Shown piece by piece: positions 13,601-25,885 of a stretch of DNA of 64,000 nucleotides. The notes under the pieces were generated by a model. That model did not search any database and was not told where the DNA came from. It saw nothing but the letters and a program-made list of their open reading frames with translations. Where the stretch lies: NCBI RefSeq assembly GCF_000181795.1, contig NW_003526945.1, positions 3,031,144 through 3,095,143 of the forward strand, in the 5' to 3' direction. Positions within the stretch are counted from its first letter, which is position 1. Every line of letters starts with the position of its first letter. Made by a program: the position numbers and the translations under genes. This DNA is from Trichinella spiralis (Eukaryota).

Positions 13601-16600
13601 CTGGGCGACTACACATTATACTAATTATGCAAATCACCATTGCATAGTTGTTACTTAGAGAAAGTTAATTGAAAGAGCCTCACAGTTAGTATGAATGAGA
13701 AGCTTACTAAAGGAAAAAGATGATAATGGGCACCGCATTCCATGAAATGTTTGCTTCTTCGCAAAGTAAACACTTACAGCGATTACGTTCTGTTTAGCAG
13801 CAATTAATGATTATTTAACATGAATAATTTCAGAAACTGAATTCGGTCGATCGTAAAATAAGATACATTAGTGGAAATCTAACAGATTCTATGTCAAAAA
13901 TGTTTCATGTGCAGAAATTGGTAGTCTCTGCTTCGGTTGAAAGAGATTTACTGGTGGGCTACTTTCCTATGTATTAAGATACGCAGTACCTAAAACTTAG
14001 AGACCATTTATTTCACGCCAACTGGGTAGTTTGGGTTGAAACTCTAGAAAACACTATCTTTTATCAATATGATACTATAAGAATAAAAAAAAAGTCCAAA
14101 TTTTGACAAGAAATTTTTCGCCAAGTTTCCCAAAAACAACCAAGTCTATAGTCCATAAAATTTTACAATTTGTCAGGAAAATTTTCTTTATCCAAAAATT
14201 AAGGCAATTATTTTAATAATTTCTGCTGCGAGGATTTCTAATGTTGCTCACATTTTTAATAATGTCTGTTAAACGATCATGACATTGCGTGGAATGCAAA
14301 TATTTTTTGTAGTCTTTTCTTGTGTGAAAACTGATTTGCATCTAACAGCGTGAGCAGCAGAATAAAAGAGAATTTGCTTGGAAATGAATATTACTATTGT
14401 TTTTAACCATCAGAACTGTCAAAAGCAAATAATTGCTTATTTCAGATTAAGCAACAAACTTTTGAATATTCTACCTAAAAACTATAATAAGCATTAACGA
14501 AGCAATCTATGGAAACAAATGACAGTATTAATAATTTTCTTTCCTTATCATTTCAAAATTCCTGTAGTTTCAGTAGTAACATACTTTATATATGAAAGTT
14601 CACAAATCACAATAACAACATAACAACGTTAATCATCAAGAGCAGCAAAAGCATTTCAAAACAGATTAAATATCACATAAATATAAAGATTTCAAATATT
14701 CGTGTGACTATGAATTCCAAGAAACGATATCAATCATTTATCAATATTCTTTTATTTTTCTTAGCTCTATAATAATCTGTGCGCCATTCAATTTGTGAAA
14801 CATTCGAAGATATATGGTTGTCCAATGATTATGTTCTCTTTTCATCCTCAAATTTCACTTTCATCATTTTAGTTCATTATGAATAAATACTATGATTGAA
14901 ACCACATTTAAAATACTTCTTATTTTACATTACTACTTAAATAATTTAGCCTTTATTATTCAGCTTTCTGTTGTCACCTTTGAATTTCATGTATATTTGA
15001 AAGTCCCTATGATTATTAATACTAAAGTGTTTACATGAATAATCTGCAAACACAAACTATGTCTTTCCCACTTTAAAGCATGTCACATTCATCAGCAGTT
15101 GTCGTAGACCACGATAGCTACTATCAAATGATTTGACAAAAGTTTCTTATCGTACTTCGAATCCATCAGATGATACATTTCGAACTTTCAACTTTTGTTC
15201 ATTTTTCATAACTTTCTTCTTTTATACAAGTGGTCATTTTTGATTTATGATTAATATCAATTTTACAAGTGCGGTACTCTGTATGTGATACTGCGCATGT
15301 AAGATTTTTTTCCGTATGTTGAAAACAGATTTTATTTTGCTATTTCTAAAACCAGATCGTCTAGTGTAAGCTATCGCTTGTCTGAATATATTTTATTGAC
15401 TTGTATTTATTACATGCTCTTGTAATTGCAATAATCTTCTGTTTTTCTTCGACCCTTGGAAATTTCTCCAAATCTTTAAAATATTGCTCATAATGCACAG
15501 CAACATTCCAATATCAAAGTCGTTTTCTCTGACATATAGTAAAAGATTCATTTAACAGAATCGATAGCTTGAGACACTTTAAAAATCCAGTTAAGAAATT
15601 CTTCCCCGCGTGTTCTTCTGTAGTTTAATGGAACATTCATGTGCAAAGTATTATTTGAAACAAACACAATACATTCTAAAATTATCTACATTACATTCTG
15701 CTTAACGTAAATGCACCACTAGGAGGAGATAAATTTTTCAATTATTACAACTACATTTTAATGAAAAGTCATTTAGAAATAATTTCTGAAACTGCATTTC
15801 ATGCTACAGTTGGCTCTCCAATGAATTCAAATCTAACACTTACCGTTTTGGCGTCGTTGTTTGAAGTCATTTACTGCTTTCCATGAAGGTTAATGTTACT
15901 GAATCTAACACTGTTGTCACATTGCTTTATTTTCCTCTTTGTATCACAGTTGATGTCGTAAATTTTGCTCTGTACAGGAAATGTGACGAAATCCTTTATC
16001 GTGAAACTGAATGATTGAAGTGAAGGGAATCCTTCATCTTTCAAACATTATTCACGTTCACTTAAATAGGATTATCGTATTCTTAATTTTACATGTCCTC
16101 AGGTACAAATGGTTGTGTAAAATTGTTATGTTGAGCAAATAATCTAAAATTTAATGCTTTGATATATAAAAATTGAACACAAACCAAAACGGAAAATTAA
16201 TTTTCATGTTATATGAATTTTCAAACCAAATTAAATTAGAAAAGTTAAAAAAATATTTCGATAACGATGCTTTGTTCTCAAACTGAAACAGGCCAAAGTA
16301 TAGTAAATCAAAGTATTCGGGAATAATATTGAAATTGATTAAAATTAAGCGTTAATCTTCAACAGTGAAGTTATTTTCATTTCTAAAATTACCAGTAATT
16401 AATTAATATATCCATAACATCAGTAACACAACTATATTGTGCATTCATTTTTAATTGCTTAAATTAAAATTCCTGTAAAAAGGTCTTATTTACACTTTCG
16501 AATTCTTAAATAATTATTAGTGATTACGGTATACTGTTTGATTTAAAATTAATTTAAAAAGTAAAGGGAAATTTTTAATTGGATGTACGGAAGCACGATT

Positions 16601-16917
16601 TAATTTATGTTCATAGTAATGTGTTGTTGGTAAGGATTACATGCTATTAAAAATCATGCCTTGAAAATAATTTCATAATAATTACTTCTTCATTCATTTT
16701 ATTATCTATAACATTTAAATAAGCTTCATGAAACAAAGTAGTGAGCAAAACAATGGAATTTGTTGAATACTGTAATTATTATTATTACTGTAAATTTCTA
16801 TAATAGTCAGGTATATTTTTCAATACTGTAGAGTGAAGTAAACTAGTTTGTCTTTTCGCAGGTAGGTAAGTTCCTTATCGTGTGCGATATACTTTTGCTT
16901 TGCTTCAGAAATTAGGA

Positions 16918-18058
16918 ATGGGTAAGGATTATTACAAAATATTGGGTATTAGCAGAAGTGCCACGGAAGATGAAATCAAAAAAGCTTATCGGAAGATGGC
17001 GTTGAAATATCATCCTGACAAGAACAAAAGCCCTGACGCAGAAAGCAAGTTTAAAGAGATTGCAGAAGCATACGATGTTCTGAGTGATGCTAAAAAGAAA
17101 GAAATATACGATAAATTTGGTGAAGAAGGCCTGAAAGGTGGGATGAATGCTGGGCCCTCAGGTCAAGCTTCTGGTCCTGAAGGTTATCATTACGCATTTA
17201 CTGGTGATCCTCGTCAGATTTTTGCGCAATTTTTTGGCGGCGAAGACCCGTTTTCGACATTCTTTTCCAGTGGACGTATGGGTGAATCCATGGAAACGGA
17301 AGATATATTTTCCCACTTTATGCCCAGAGGTCAAACACATACATTCACTAATATTGCTGGCGGTGGTGCTCCAGCTGGTTGTCCTCGACAGCAAGACCCA
17401 CCTTTACTTCATGACATCATGCTTTCGTTAGAAGAAGTTTATAAAGGCTGCGTGAAAAAGATGAAAGTTAAACGAAAGGTGTTGAATCCTGATGGTTTTA
17501 CAACACGCACAGAGGACAAAGTACTGGCCGTTAATGTAAAGCCCGGCTGGAAAGCTGGCACTAAAATTACATTTCCGAAGGAAGGTGATCAAGCTCCAAA
17601 TCGAATTCCGGCAGATATTGTATTTGTCGTTAAAGTTCGTGTTTTTTATTTATCATGCTTTTATGGAAATAATATCATTTTAGTTTCTGTTGTTGATGAC
17701 CTTTTATGTAATTCGTTGCGAAGGTGCATTTGAATTGTTATTTTTTCAGGATAAACCGCACGACGTCTTCAAACGCGAAGGATCTGATATTCGGTATGTG
17801 GCTACTGTTAGTCTACGTGATGCGCTGTGTGGATGCAGCATACATGTTCCTACTCTTGATCCGCACGCCGCAGTGCCACTGCAGATGACATCTGTGATAA
17901 AGCCAGGGCAGGTGACACGTTTTCACGGTATGGGCCTGCCGTTTCCGAAACAGCCAGATCGTCGTGGTGACTTAATTGTCGAATTCAAAGTGAAGTTTCC
18001 AGACACTCTTCCAAATGCAATAAAAGAAATTTTGCGTGACTGTTTGCCTGCAAAATAA
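16918..18058 (+). CDS. dnj-13: Class B DnaJ/Hsp40 co-chaperone (DNAJB1/4/5, C. elegans dnj-13-like), 341 aa; exons 16918-17634, 17750-18058
   Basis: [10 protein letters not shown]...KYHPDKN J-domain with HPD, G/F-rich region, C-terminal [13 protein letters not shown] and SLRDALCG...GMGLP...[17 protein letters not shown] intron 17635-17749 keeps frame. Family is clear; exact orthology is inferred. Confidence 0.93.
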
Positions 18059-20281
18059 CATGGATATTCTTTATGATTCGATAATTACAACAAATGTCGT
18101 GCGAAAATGATTGTATCTTCTTTATTTATAATTAAAAGTTGGATTAAATACATGATTTTATTTTTGACAGCGGTGCAGCAGACGCGCAATTAAGGCAGAT
18201 GCCTGTTTCCAGTGTTATCCGATAGAGTTAAATGGACTGCATTCAGTTCAACTATTGAAGTTGTCACGTTTTGAATGCTGTTAGTGATTAATTTTCCAAT
18301 CAGAATAATCAGACAAGCAGTTTTCCATACGGACTTTTGATATACAATACAATAGGAAAACATTCGGGGATGGAAATCGTTTCATCTTTTAGCAAAAGTT
18401 GCTAAAAATAGCAACGTTTCAGTATTTCAACATTTTCAACTAAAATGGTTTTCGGTAATTTTAAAATAGCAATTACATTCTGTACATTTTTAATAAACTT
18501 GAAAAGAATCTGAATATCAGGTTATTAATTGAAAAAAGAATTTCTTCATCATCAGCTACTGTAATAGTAAGTTGCGTCAGGAATTAATTTCATATAAAAT
18601 ATTCAGAAGAAATACATTTATTATATATTTGTAATTATATTATACATGTTTGTAAATTTAGAACGTTTTAAAGTTTAGTTAATAATTTCAAAGCAAAATA
18701 TCTCTGTCAGTCATAATAAATAGTATAAAATAACTGAATTACTTAAGGTTTATTTTTAGATGAAACACTGATTGCACATTTTTGACGTATGTAGTAATTA
18801 TAATATTAACCGTATTATCAGTATGGGATTAAAAATTTATTTGTGAAAATTTTATGATTAAAAAGTTTCAAAAAATATTATCATTTTTTTATTCTATTAA
18901 AAACTTTATAGAGAAAAGATTTGAATCAGATCATAGTATAAAAAATTAATTTTATCAAACAGAAAGTATAAGGAATGATCATTTTTATCACCAATATTTT
19001 CCTACTGGTAGTGAAGAATTATGTTTGTCGAAACAAAGTGGGACAGTGTCAAGAGTTGCAATTATTGACAGTCAATAAAAAGCCTTCAAGTAACTAATGA
19101 AAATAGATCTGCTTTCTAAAGAAAATAAACAGACTGTAATTAAAATGAAAATATACAAATATTTCTACTTAATTTACAGCTATTGTTTATGAATTGTAAT
19201 TTATAATTGATATATACAATGCTCTTTTGGCGAATAGAAATATTTTTTCCCATATTACTGAGTGCAAAATGCAAATTTTATTGCGAAAACAGTTTCTGAT
19301 TTTTCTATTTCATTTATACACATTTGATGAGCAGAGCTAGTGTGAAACACGTAAAAAATGTATACCACCTAATGCTATTATAAACAGAAACAAAAATTAA
19401 CAAATACTATTAATGCAAGTAAATCAATATATTCTCAAAAGTGAACCATTTTTGTAATAACACTAGCACCACCTAGTGAACAAAATTGGCAGATTACTGT
19501 AGCATGATTGCTGACTTTTGTTTTTTTCTTTATTGTACACATAGTAAAATGGATTTTTGAATACAAATTTCTAAACGCTGCGCATATTTCTGTAATGTTC
19601 AGCTACATCTTTTCCAGTGTAAACCTGCTTTCTGTATTGATTTGATTTATTTGTATTTACAATATTTGCCAATTTATTTCAGGTCAGGCATGCACGCTCC
19701 GCTGATTTCTAAACGCTTCTCAGCTTTCCTGCACAGATGCGTTGCACAGAGCTTGAACAAAAAGAAATTCTCTCCAAACATTCACAAATAAATCTATTTT
19801 CACCCCAGACTAATGTTGCTGACATGATAAAAAAAAATGCGCAGCTGCTGACATTTTTCATCTTATCTTATTCAGCATACATCTTATCGACTACCGCTCA
19901 AAATGCACGGGCAAATATGTCTGCTTTTTTATTTACTGCAAAACAATCCACCACTAACTAACTAACTAACTAACTATACAGCAGCTGTGCCGAGAATCTC
20001 AATGCATCTTATACGAGTGACAGCTTTTCCGTTCAGAGCAATAAAAATGTTAAACTGCCTTCTCAGCTATACGTTGCTCAGAACTAACTGCTAAGCAAAC
20101 GATCAAAATTCTGACCTGTCTAAGAGAAAATTACCTGTGTTTTGATTGAATCCACCATTGGCTATTTGTCCAAATTTCCATTGTACTTCTTCTGGGTCAA
20201 TCCCAAATAACTGTTCCACTGATCTATCTGCACTTGGTCAAAAAGCCATTCTTCATCACAGATGAACATTAATTTCCGACG

Positions 20282-20305
20282 CTCTCTCTCTCTCTCTCTC
20301 TCTCT
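20282..20305. repeat. (CT)n microsatellite
   Basis: About 12 CT units. Confidence 0.95.
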
Positions 20306-20548
20306 TTCTATTATGAGCGTATAGTGGAGCAACTTTGGAAACAAGTTGCGCAGATTATTAAAATATAAAAGCATTTTACAAAATTTTTATCAAAACGCAC
20401 AACGAACCTTCTCCCTTTAATAAAAAAAAATATGCCATGTAGTGCAACGCATACTGTATGACTTATTAAATATATTATTACTGTTATTTGAATGTAACAG
20501 AGTTCCATCTTTTTATGAAAACCTATGTGTTATTGTAATGTGTCAATT

Positions 20549-23500
20549 TTAACGTCGATATGAATCGCACCAGCCATCCGCTGCATCATCTTCATCTTCT
20601 ACTTGATTTCGACGTCTCCCACCGCCTAAATATCATCAGTTAATAAAAAAATTATTATAAGAGAGAAAAAAAACAATTTCACCGTCTTTACGAAATTCAC
20701 CGACCCCTGGACGAACGGTTTCCTCGAATGCTCCCTCATAACGACTGCGAACAGTAATAATATTTGAAGTTGGTTCATTGCGATCAGCTGAACGATTTTT
20801 GAACGTCCTATTCCATGGAATGTGTTGAACACTCATTCGATAAGATTCTTCTTTATTAAATTCTCCTGGACGATTGGCGATATTTCTCCCATCAGCGTTT
20901 TCTAGTCTTCTACCAAAACTGGAACGATCAAACATCTGCATCCTATCCATATGTTGACCACGAAATGCAGTAGACCGAATCATGCCAGTTCCACTGGTGC
21001 TGAATCGACCATCAGTCATCATATTTCCACTTGGATTATGATAATAATCATCTGCGTCAATATTTCTATTATGTTCCAATCGAACACCCTTGCGGAACAT
21101 CAAGTCTGGATCATTGCGTCTCATGCCGTGAGGCTCTGCCAATCGTATACCTTTACGAAAATGGAATTCTTGTTCCATATTTACATCACCAAAGCGAACA
21201 CGGGGACGGTCTAAACCGAACACTGACGATTCTCGGTAGACAAATTCACTTCTGGGTATCTCCCTTTGATAGCGTTCAATACGAACAAAATTTCCAGTAT
21301 TTCCTCCAACTTGATTCAACATGTTCACTCTTCTACTCATGAAACCACTGCCGCTTTGATGATGAATATCGCTTACAAATCGTTTCGCTCTGCTCCAGGG
21401 TAAATCTGCAAAACAATTTCAACTGTTGAACACTTGACACAACAATTCGCATAAATATAACGCTTTCACACATCCATAAAAAACATTAAAAAATGCAGAT
21501 CAACGATATAATCAGTAATTTAGATGAAATATTTTAAAGTTGAATTAAATAATTTTGAGAAAGAAAAAAATGGAAAACCAAATTCACCAGGTTCTGGCTC
21601 GTCGTCTCGATGGGGCGGTCTCCGTTCTCGGTCTTCTCGCAGTGCAAAACCAGCGTTTCTCAAGCTGTTCCTCGCGTTCACCCGGTCTTGTATTTTCGCT
21701 TCTTCTTCGCGTCTTTTTCTTTCTTGTTCCAGCTTGCAACGCTCTCGGTCGGCTTTTTCACGCATATAATCCGTACGTCTGCACTGTTTGCGAATCTCTT
21801 TGCGCTGGTTTAATCGAAGCTCTTTGACACGTTTCACTTTCTCTTCCCAAACTTTCATATTTTCCAAATATGTCGCATGGTGCCTTGCCCTGACAGCTTC
21901 CATAAATATCGCCGCATCGTCGAACATCCTCGAGAGCCGATTGCGGGTTTCCAGAAATTTTTTCTGCTCCTCGACAGCTTTGAAAATACGGTCTTTTTCG
22001 TTCTTTTCCCACCATATCACACTCATTTTGCAAAATTCACTGTATTCTTGTTCGCGTAAAGGAATTTCCTCCATGTGCAGCGCCCTTACGAAATGATCCC
22101 ACTTCTTTTCGGCAACTTTCAATCGAGCCATATGCTCGCGTTTTTCCTGTTCCATATGACAAATCTGAAAATTCATCCATTAATAAAATCACAACAAACA
22201 CAACAACCATACACGTATGGCAGATATGTAAGAAATGAAACTTGTGTATATATAATACTTGTTTCTGTAGAAGAGTTTCATTATCCAAATTTTCAATCTC
22301 CTCTTCAGGCATTTCTGCCAAAAAGGCGCGGAACTTGGAATCTTTCATCCGATCCAGACGATCACGAATGATACGTTTTCTCATTTCATCTTTTTCTCGA
22401 CGTTTCATCTCTTGTAGTCGTTCGGCATTTTCCTGCTCCAAGCGGGCCTTCTCAGCTTGTCGCCTCTTTTCAAGAAGACGCCGTTCTTCCTCACGGGCAT
22501 GCTCGACCTGCAAAAGAAAATTATTAAATTTGTACATTTTGCAAAAATGAAAAAACAATAAATCAAACAACACCAATTCACACACCTGAATACTTCTCTT
22601 CTTCTCATTGTATTCTTTGTATAATTCAATACGTTTACGCCTTTCATTTATTTGCAAATGATCGTCTTTCGCATGATACCTTTGCAGTTCATGCATATGT
22701 AAAATATTTCTGCGTAATTCCTGAAAAATTACAAAAAAAACCATTCCAACATGAAAATTAAAATTATACCCACATTTCAATTAAAAAAAAAGATTTTAAC
22801 ATTATTGAATAATATTACTAAACAATATGAAACATGAATCTATCTTAACAAGCTATATGAACAACGCTGCTGCACTATATCAACAGAGAAAATAATCTCT
22901 AATAAAATTATACAACAGTGAATAAAAAGAAACTCAAAAAATTCTAAAAATATGCAAAAAGATATTTTACCAAAATATGTAAAACGACTAATTTTATACA
23001 TTTCTATATAATATATTTTACAAATTCAAACAACACATTCACGAGAACACTGCATAAAATAACCAACATCAATTTTAATATTATAAATAAAATTTACCTC
23101 ATTATAATTGGCATTTATATCCAATATTGATTTATTTACACTGTCGAAAATTTCTTGAAGATAAAGTCGAATATGATCTGATGATGTACGTTGCAGGACA
23201 GGAACATTCAACAAAACATTATCCACAAATGCATCTTCGTCTTGGGCAAGATTAAACGAATCTTCCACACCAAATTCTACCATACTACTCATGTAATTTA
23301 TCCGAAGCTAAAAAAAATTTCAAAATTATCAATATCTCGTGAATATTGTTTTCAATAAAATTCAATTTTCATTTTTCAATTTCTTACTCGAACGACATTT
23401 CTTTTACTGGCATACGCTAATTCTCTTTCAAGTTTATCGCCTGTTAAATATGGAATTAGAGACGATAATTTTTCCAATGTTACCGTTTTGTAAACTTGCG

Positions 23501-25885
23501 ATAGCTTAAACAAATTATCCAGAAAATTAATTTATTCAAACAATAATCAATAAAAATTTACCTGTTTCAAAACTTTTATGCAAATTATACTGTACAGTCT
23601 GTCAAGGTATTGTTGATAGTCAGGATTGCCACACTCTTCAAGCATATGCAGATACGGTTGAAGGTCTCGGGCAAGAACCATTGGATTCTGATCATTTCGC
23701 AATTTCTCGTACAATTCATACACTTCCGGTAGTGCGAATAAATTCACACCAAGACGCATCTTCAAATTTATTGATATGATTATTTCTTTTACAGTATATG
23801 AATATCCCATTATTATTAATAGAACAATTGATTAATAAACGTATTTCAATATTACAGCAAAAAACATTTAATTAATATACAAATTTGTAATAAATAAATA
23901 AATAAATAAATTAGTTACTGTTTGTTCTACTTTATAAATTGAGCTTCTAATGCAAACTAAAAATCTAAAAAAGGAAAAACTGAAAGCATCCTTGAACTGC
24001 TATTTTCAACTTTTCCTGCACAAATGCATGATTATCAATAAAATTTACATTTTTCTGATAATACTTCTGCACTTTATCAGCAATCAATTCATTATACTTT
24101 CGTGATCATAAATCATTACCGATAGTAAAATAAATAAATAAATAAATATAGTTCAGCTGTTACAGTAAGAAATATTTACCATTTCTTTAATAAGAATTTT
24201 TCTTGTTGGTGGTCCTGACATATTTAATAATTTCGCCAGCTGACGCGGACGTTCATTATTTGCATCATCGAAATCCAAATAACGTGACAATATAGATGGA
24301 GACTCTGCTTCAGGAATAGACAGTATTGCCAACAATACTCGCGTTGCCAATCTTGAATACATCAATAAAAATAAAATAGCTAAACATATAACATTTTTTT
24401 CTTTTGTAAAATTATTTATACATTCACTTATATTAAGTAAAAATACAAATTTAGCAGCATATTAATTTTAAAAAATAAAAAGTTTTTTTAAACATTACTG
24501 CTTTGGCTCTACGCTATCCTTCTCAAACCAGCTTTTGTGTGTTTCTTTGTATAACTGATACAATTTCAACAATGCTGCTGCGTGAAACATGACATTGTTA
24601 GATTTCCAAAAAAGAAGTGCAATTTTTTCCAAATAAATTGCAAGATTAGACGGTTTCGGAGAACGTCTGCTAAATGCTATTAATTGTTGAATGTCATCCA
24701 TACTCCTGATTGCCTCCTAAATTATTTAAAAAATCGATACACATATATTAAAACAATATATATTTTTCAAAATTTATCTTTGCTCATTATAATTTTTTAA
24801 TTATAAATTCTTTACCAACATACCTGCCATGATTCTAGATTTATTGCTACATCTAACTGTACAAGCCGTGTTTCTTGATGTAATGTTATTGTTTCAGGAT
24901 TTGATAATTTGACGGCAAATTGATTCTGGGATTGTTTGTGAACTTGCTGGATATGATACCGCAGCTACAAAAAAAATTTATCATCATAAATAACTTTGAA
25001 ACTATTAGAACAAAAATTAATTATTATTATAAATATCTTTGATTACTGTATTGATGTTTTAATTATTTTTTCAAAGCAAACATGGGAATGTTCCGCTGTT
25101 CATATACCTGATTTTTTTAGTTCATTATCATATTTATATGTAATACTTACAATGTCTGCCAATTTACGAAATTCTGCTCTTCGTTGATATTTTAAGCAAA
25201 ACTGAAAGGCCAGTCTTGCAACTCTATGATACAACGTTTCCAACTGAGTATTGTTTCTCAGCAATTCCAAAGAATGACGGTAAGATTCCCACAAAAATCG
25301 GAGCCAAGGGCTTAGCACAGAACGATCTGTCCGATCTAATGTGCCTTCTGCGGTCACTGTTGATAACAATAACCTAATTCATTTGAATATTAATTTGAAT
25401 TTGATTTGAATATTAATAAAATGAAACAATAAAAAAACTTTTTTACCGTTCAGGGCTTTCACCCAAGTCAAAATCTTCTTCAACTTCCTCGGCTAAACCT
25501 TGCGATTCAGCTTTAGCTTTCTCAGCTTTTTTCTCACCGTAGTTTAAATAATTCGTAATAACATCCTCAAGAGACTTAACATTTAACTGTTGACACATTC
25601 TTCGATACTGAAATAGTGCATCTTTGGCTACATGAGGTCTTCTCATTTCCACACAGAGATAGAGCAGTTTATTCATGATTTCTTCAAAACATTTTGACCA
25701 CACACGATTTTTTGGAAAATTAATAAAATCTTGCAGGGAATCCAATGCATGTTCTTTCTTCCCAATGCATAACAAATCTGAATAATACATACATAAGTAA
25801 ATATATAATTAACAGCTAAATTATATGTCGTTAAGTTACCGTTTGCCCTTCGTAGGGCGTTTTCCGGCTTCTGCCAACGAGACAT
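20549..25885 (-). CDS. eif-3.A: Eukaryotic translation initiation factor 3 subunit A; 14 exons (25885-25840, 25777-25447, 25373-25151, 24964-24824, 24716-24499, 24351-24180, 23759-23562, 23504-23388, 23307-23098, 22720-22586, 22507-22259, 22164-21588, 21405-20683, 20625-20549)
   Basis: N-terminal [62 protein letters not shown]-region LKQLSQVYKT, coiled coil with [14 protein letters not shown]. All introns are GT-AG with consistent phases. Confidence 0.95.

Larger units (their letters stand above)
7190..14220. repeat. Degenerate tandem repeat array, ~1.28 kb unit (one near-full copy plus partial copies at ~7.2-8.9 kb; ~2.8 copies at 10.68-14.22 kb), interrupted by gaps and an insertion
   Basis: Anchor AACAACCAAGTCTATAG at 7371, 7699, 11573, 12853 and 14135 (last spacings 1280 and 1282). 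Anchor ATTAGAAAGCTATTTT at 8147, 10711 and 13279, with a variant at 11998. ORF-track peptides at 8093, 10639 and 13234 share IRKLFxCN. Confidence 0.9.
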
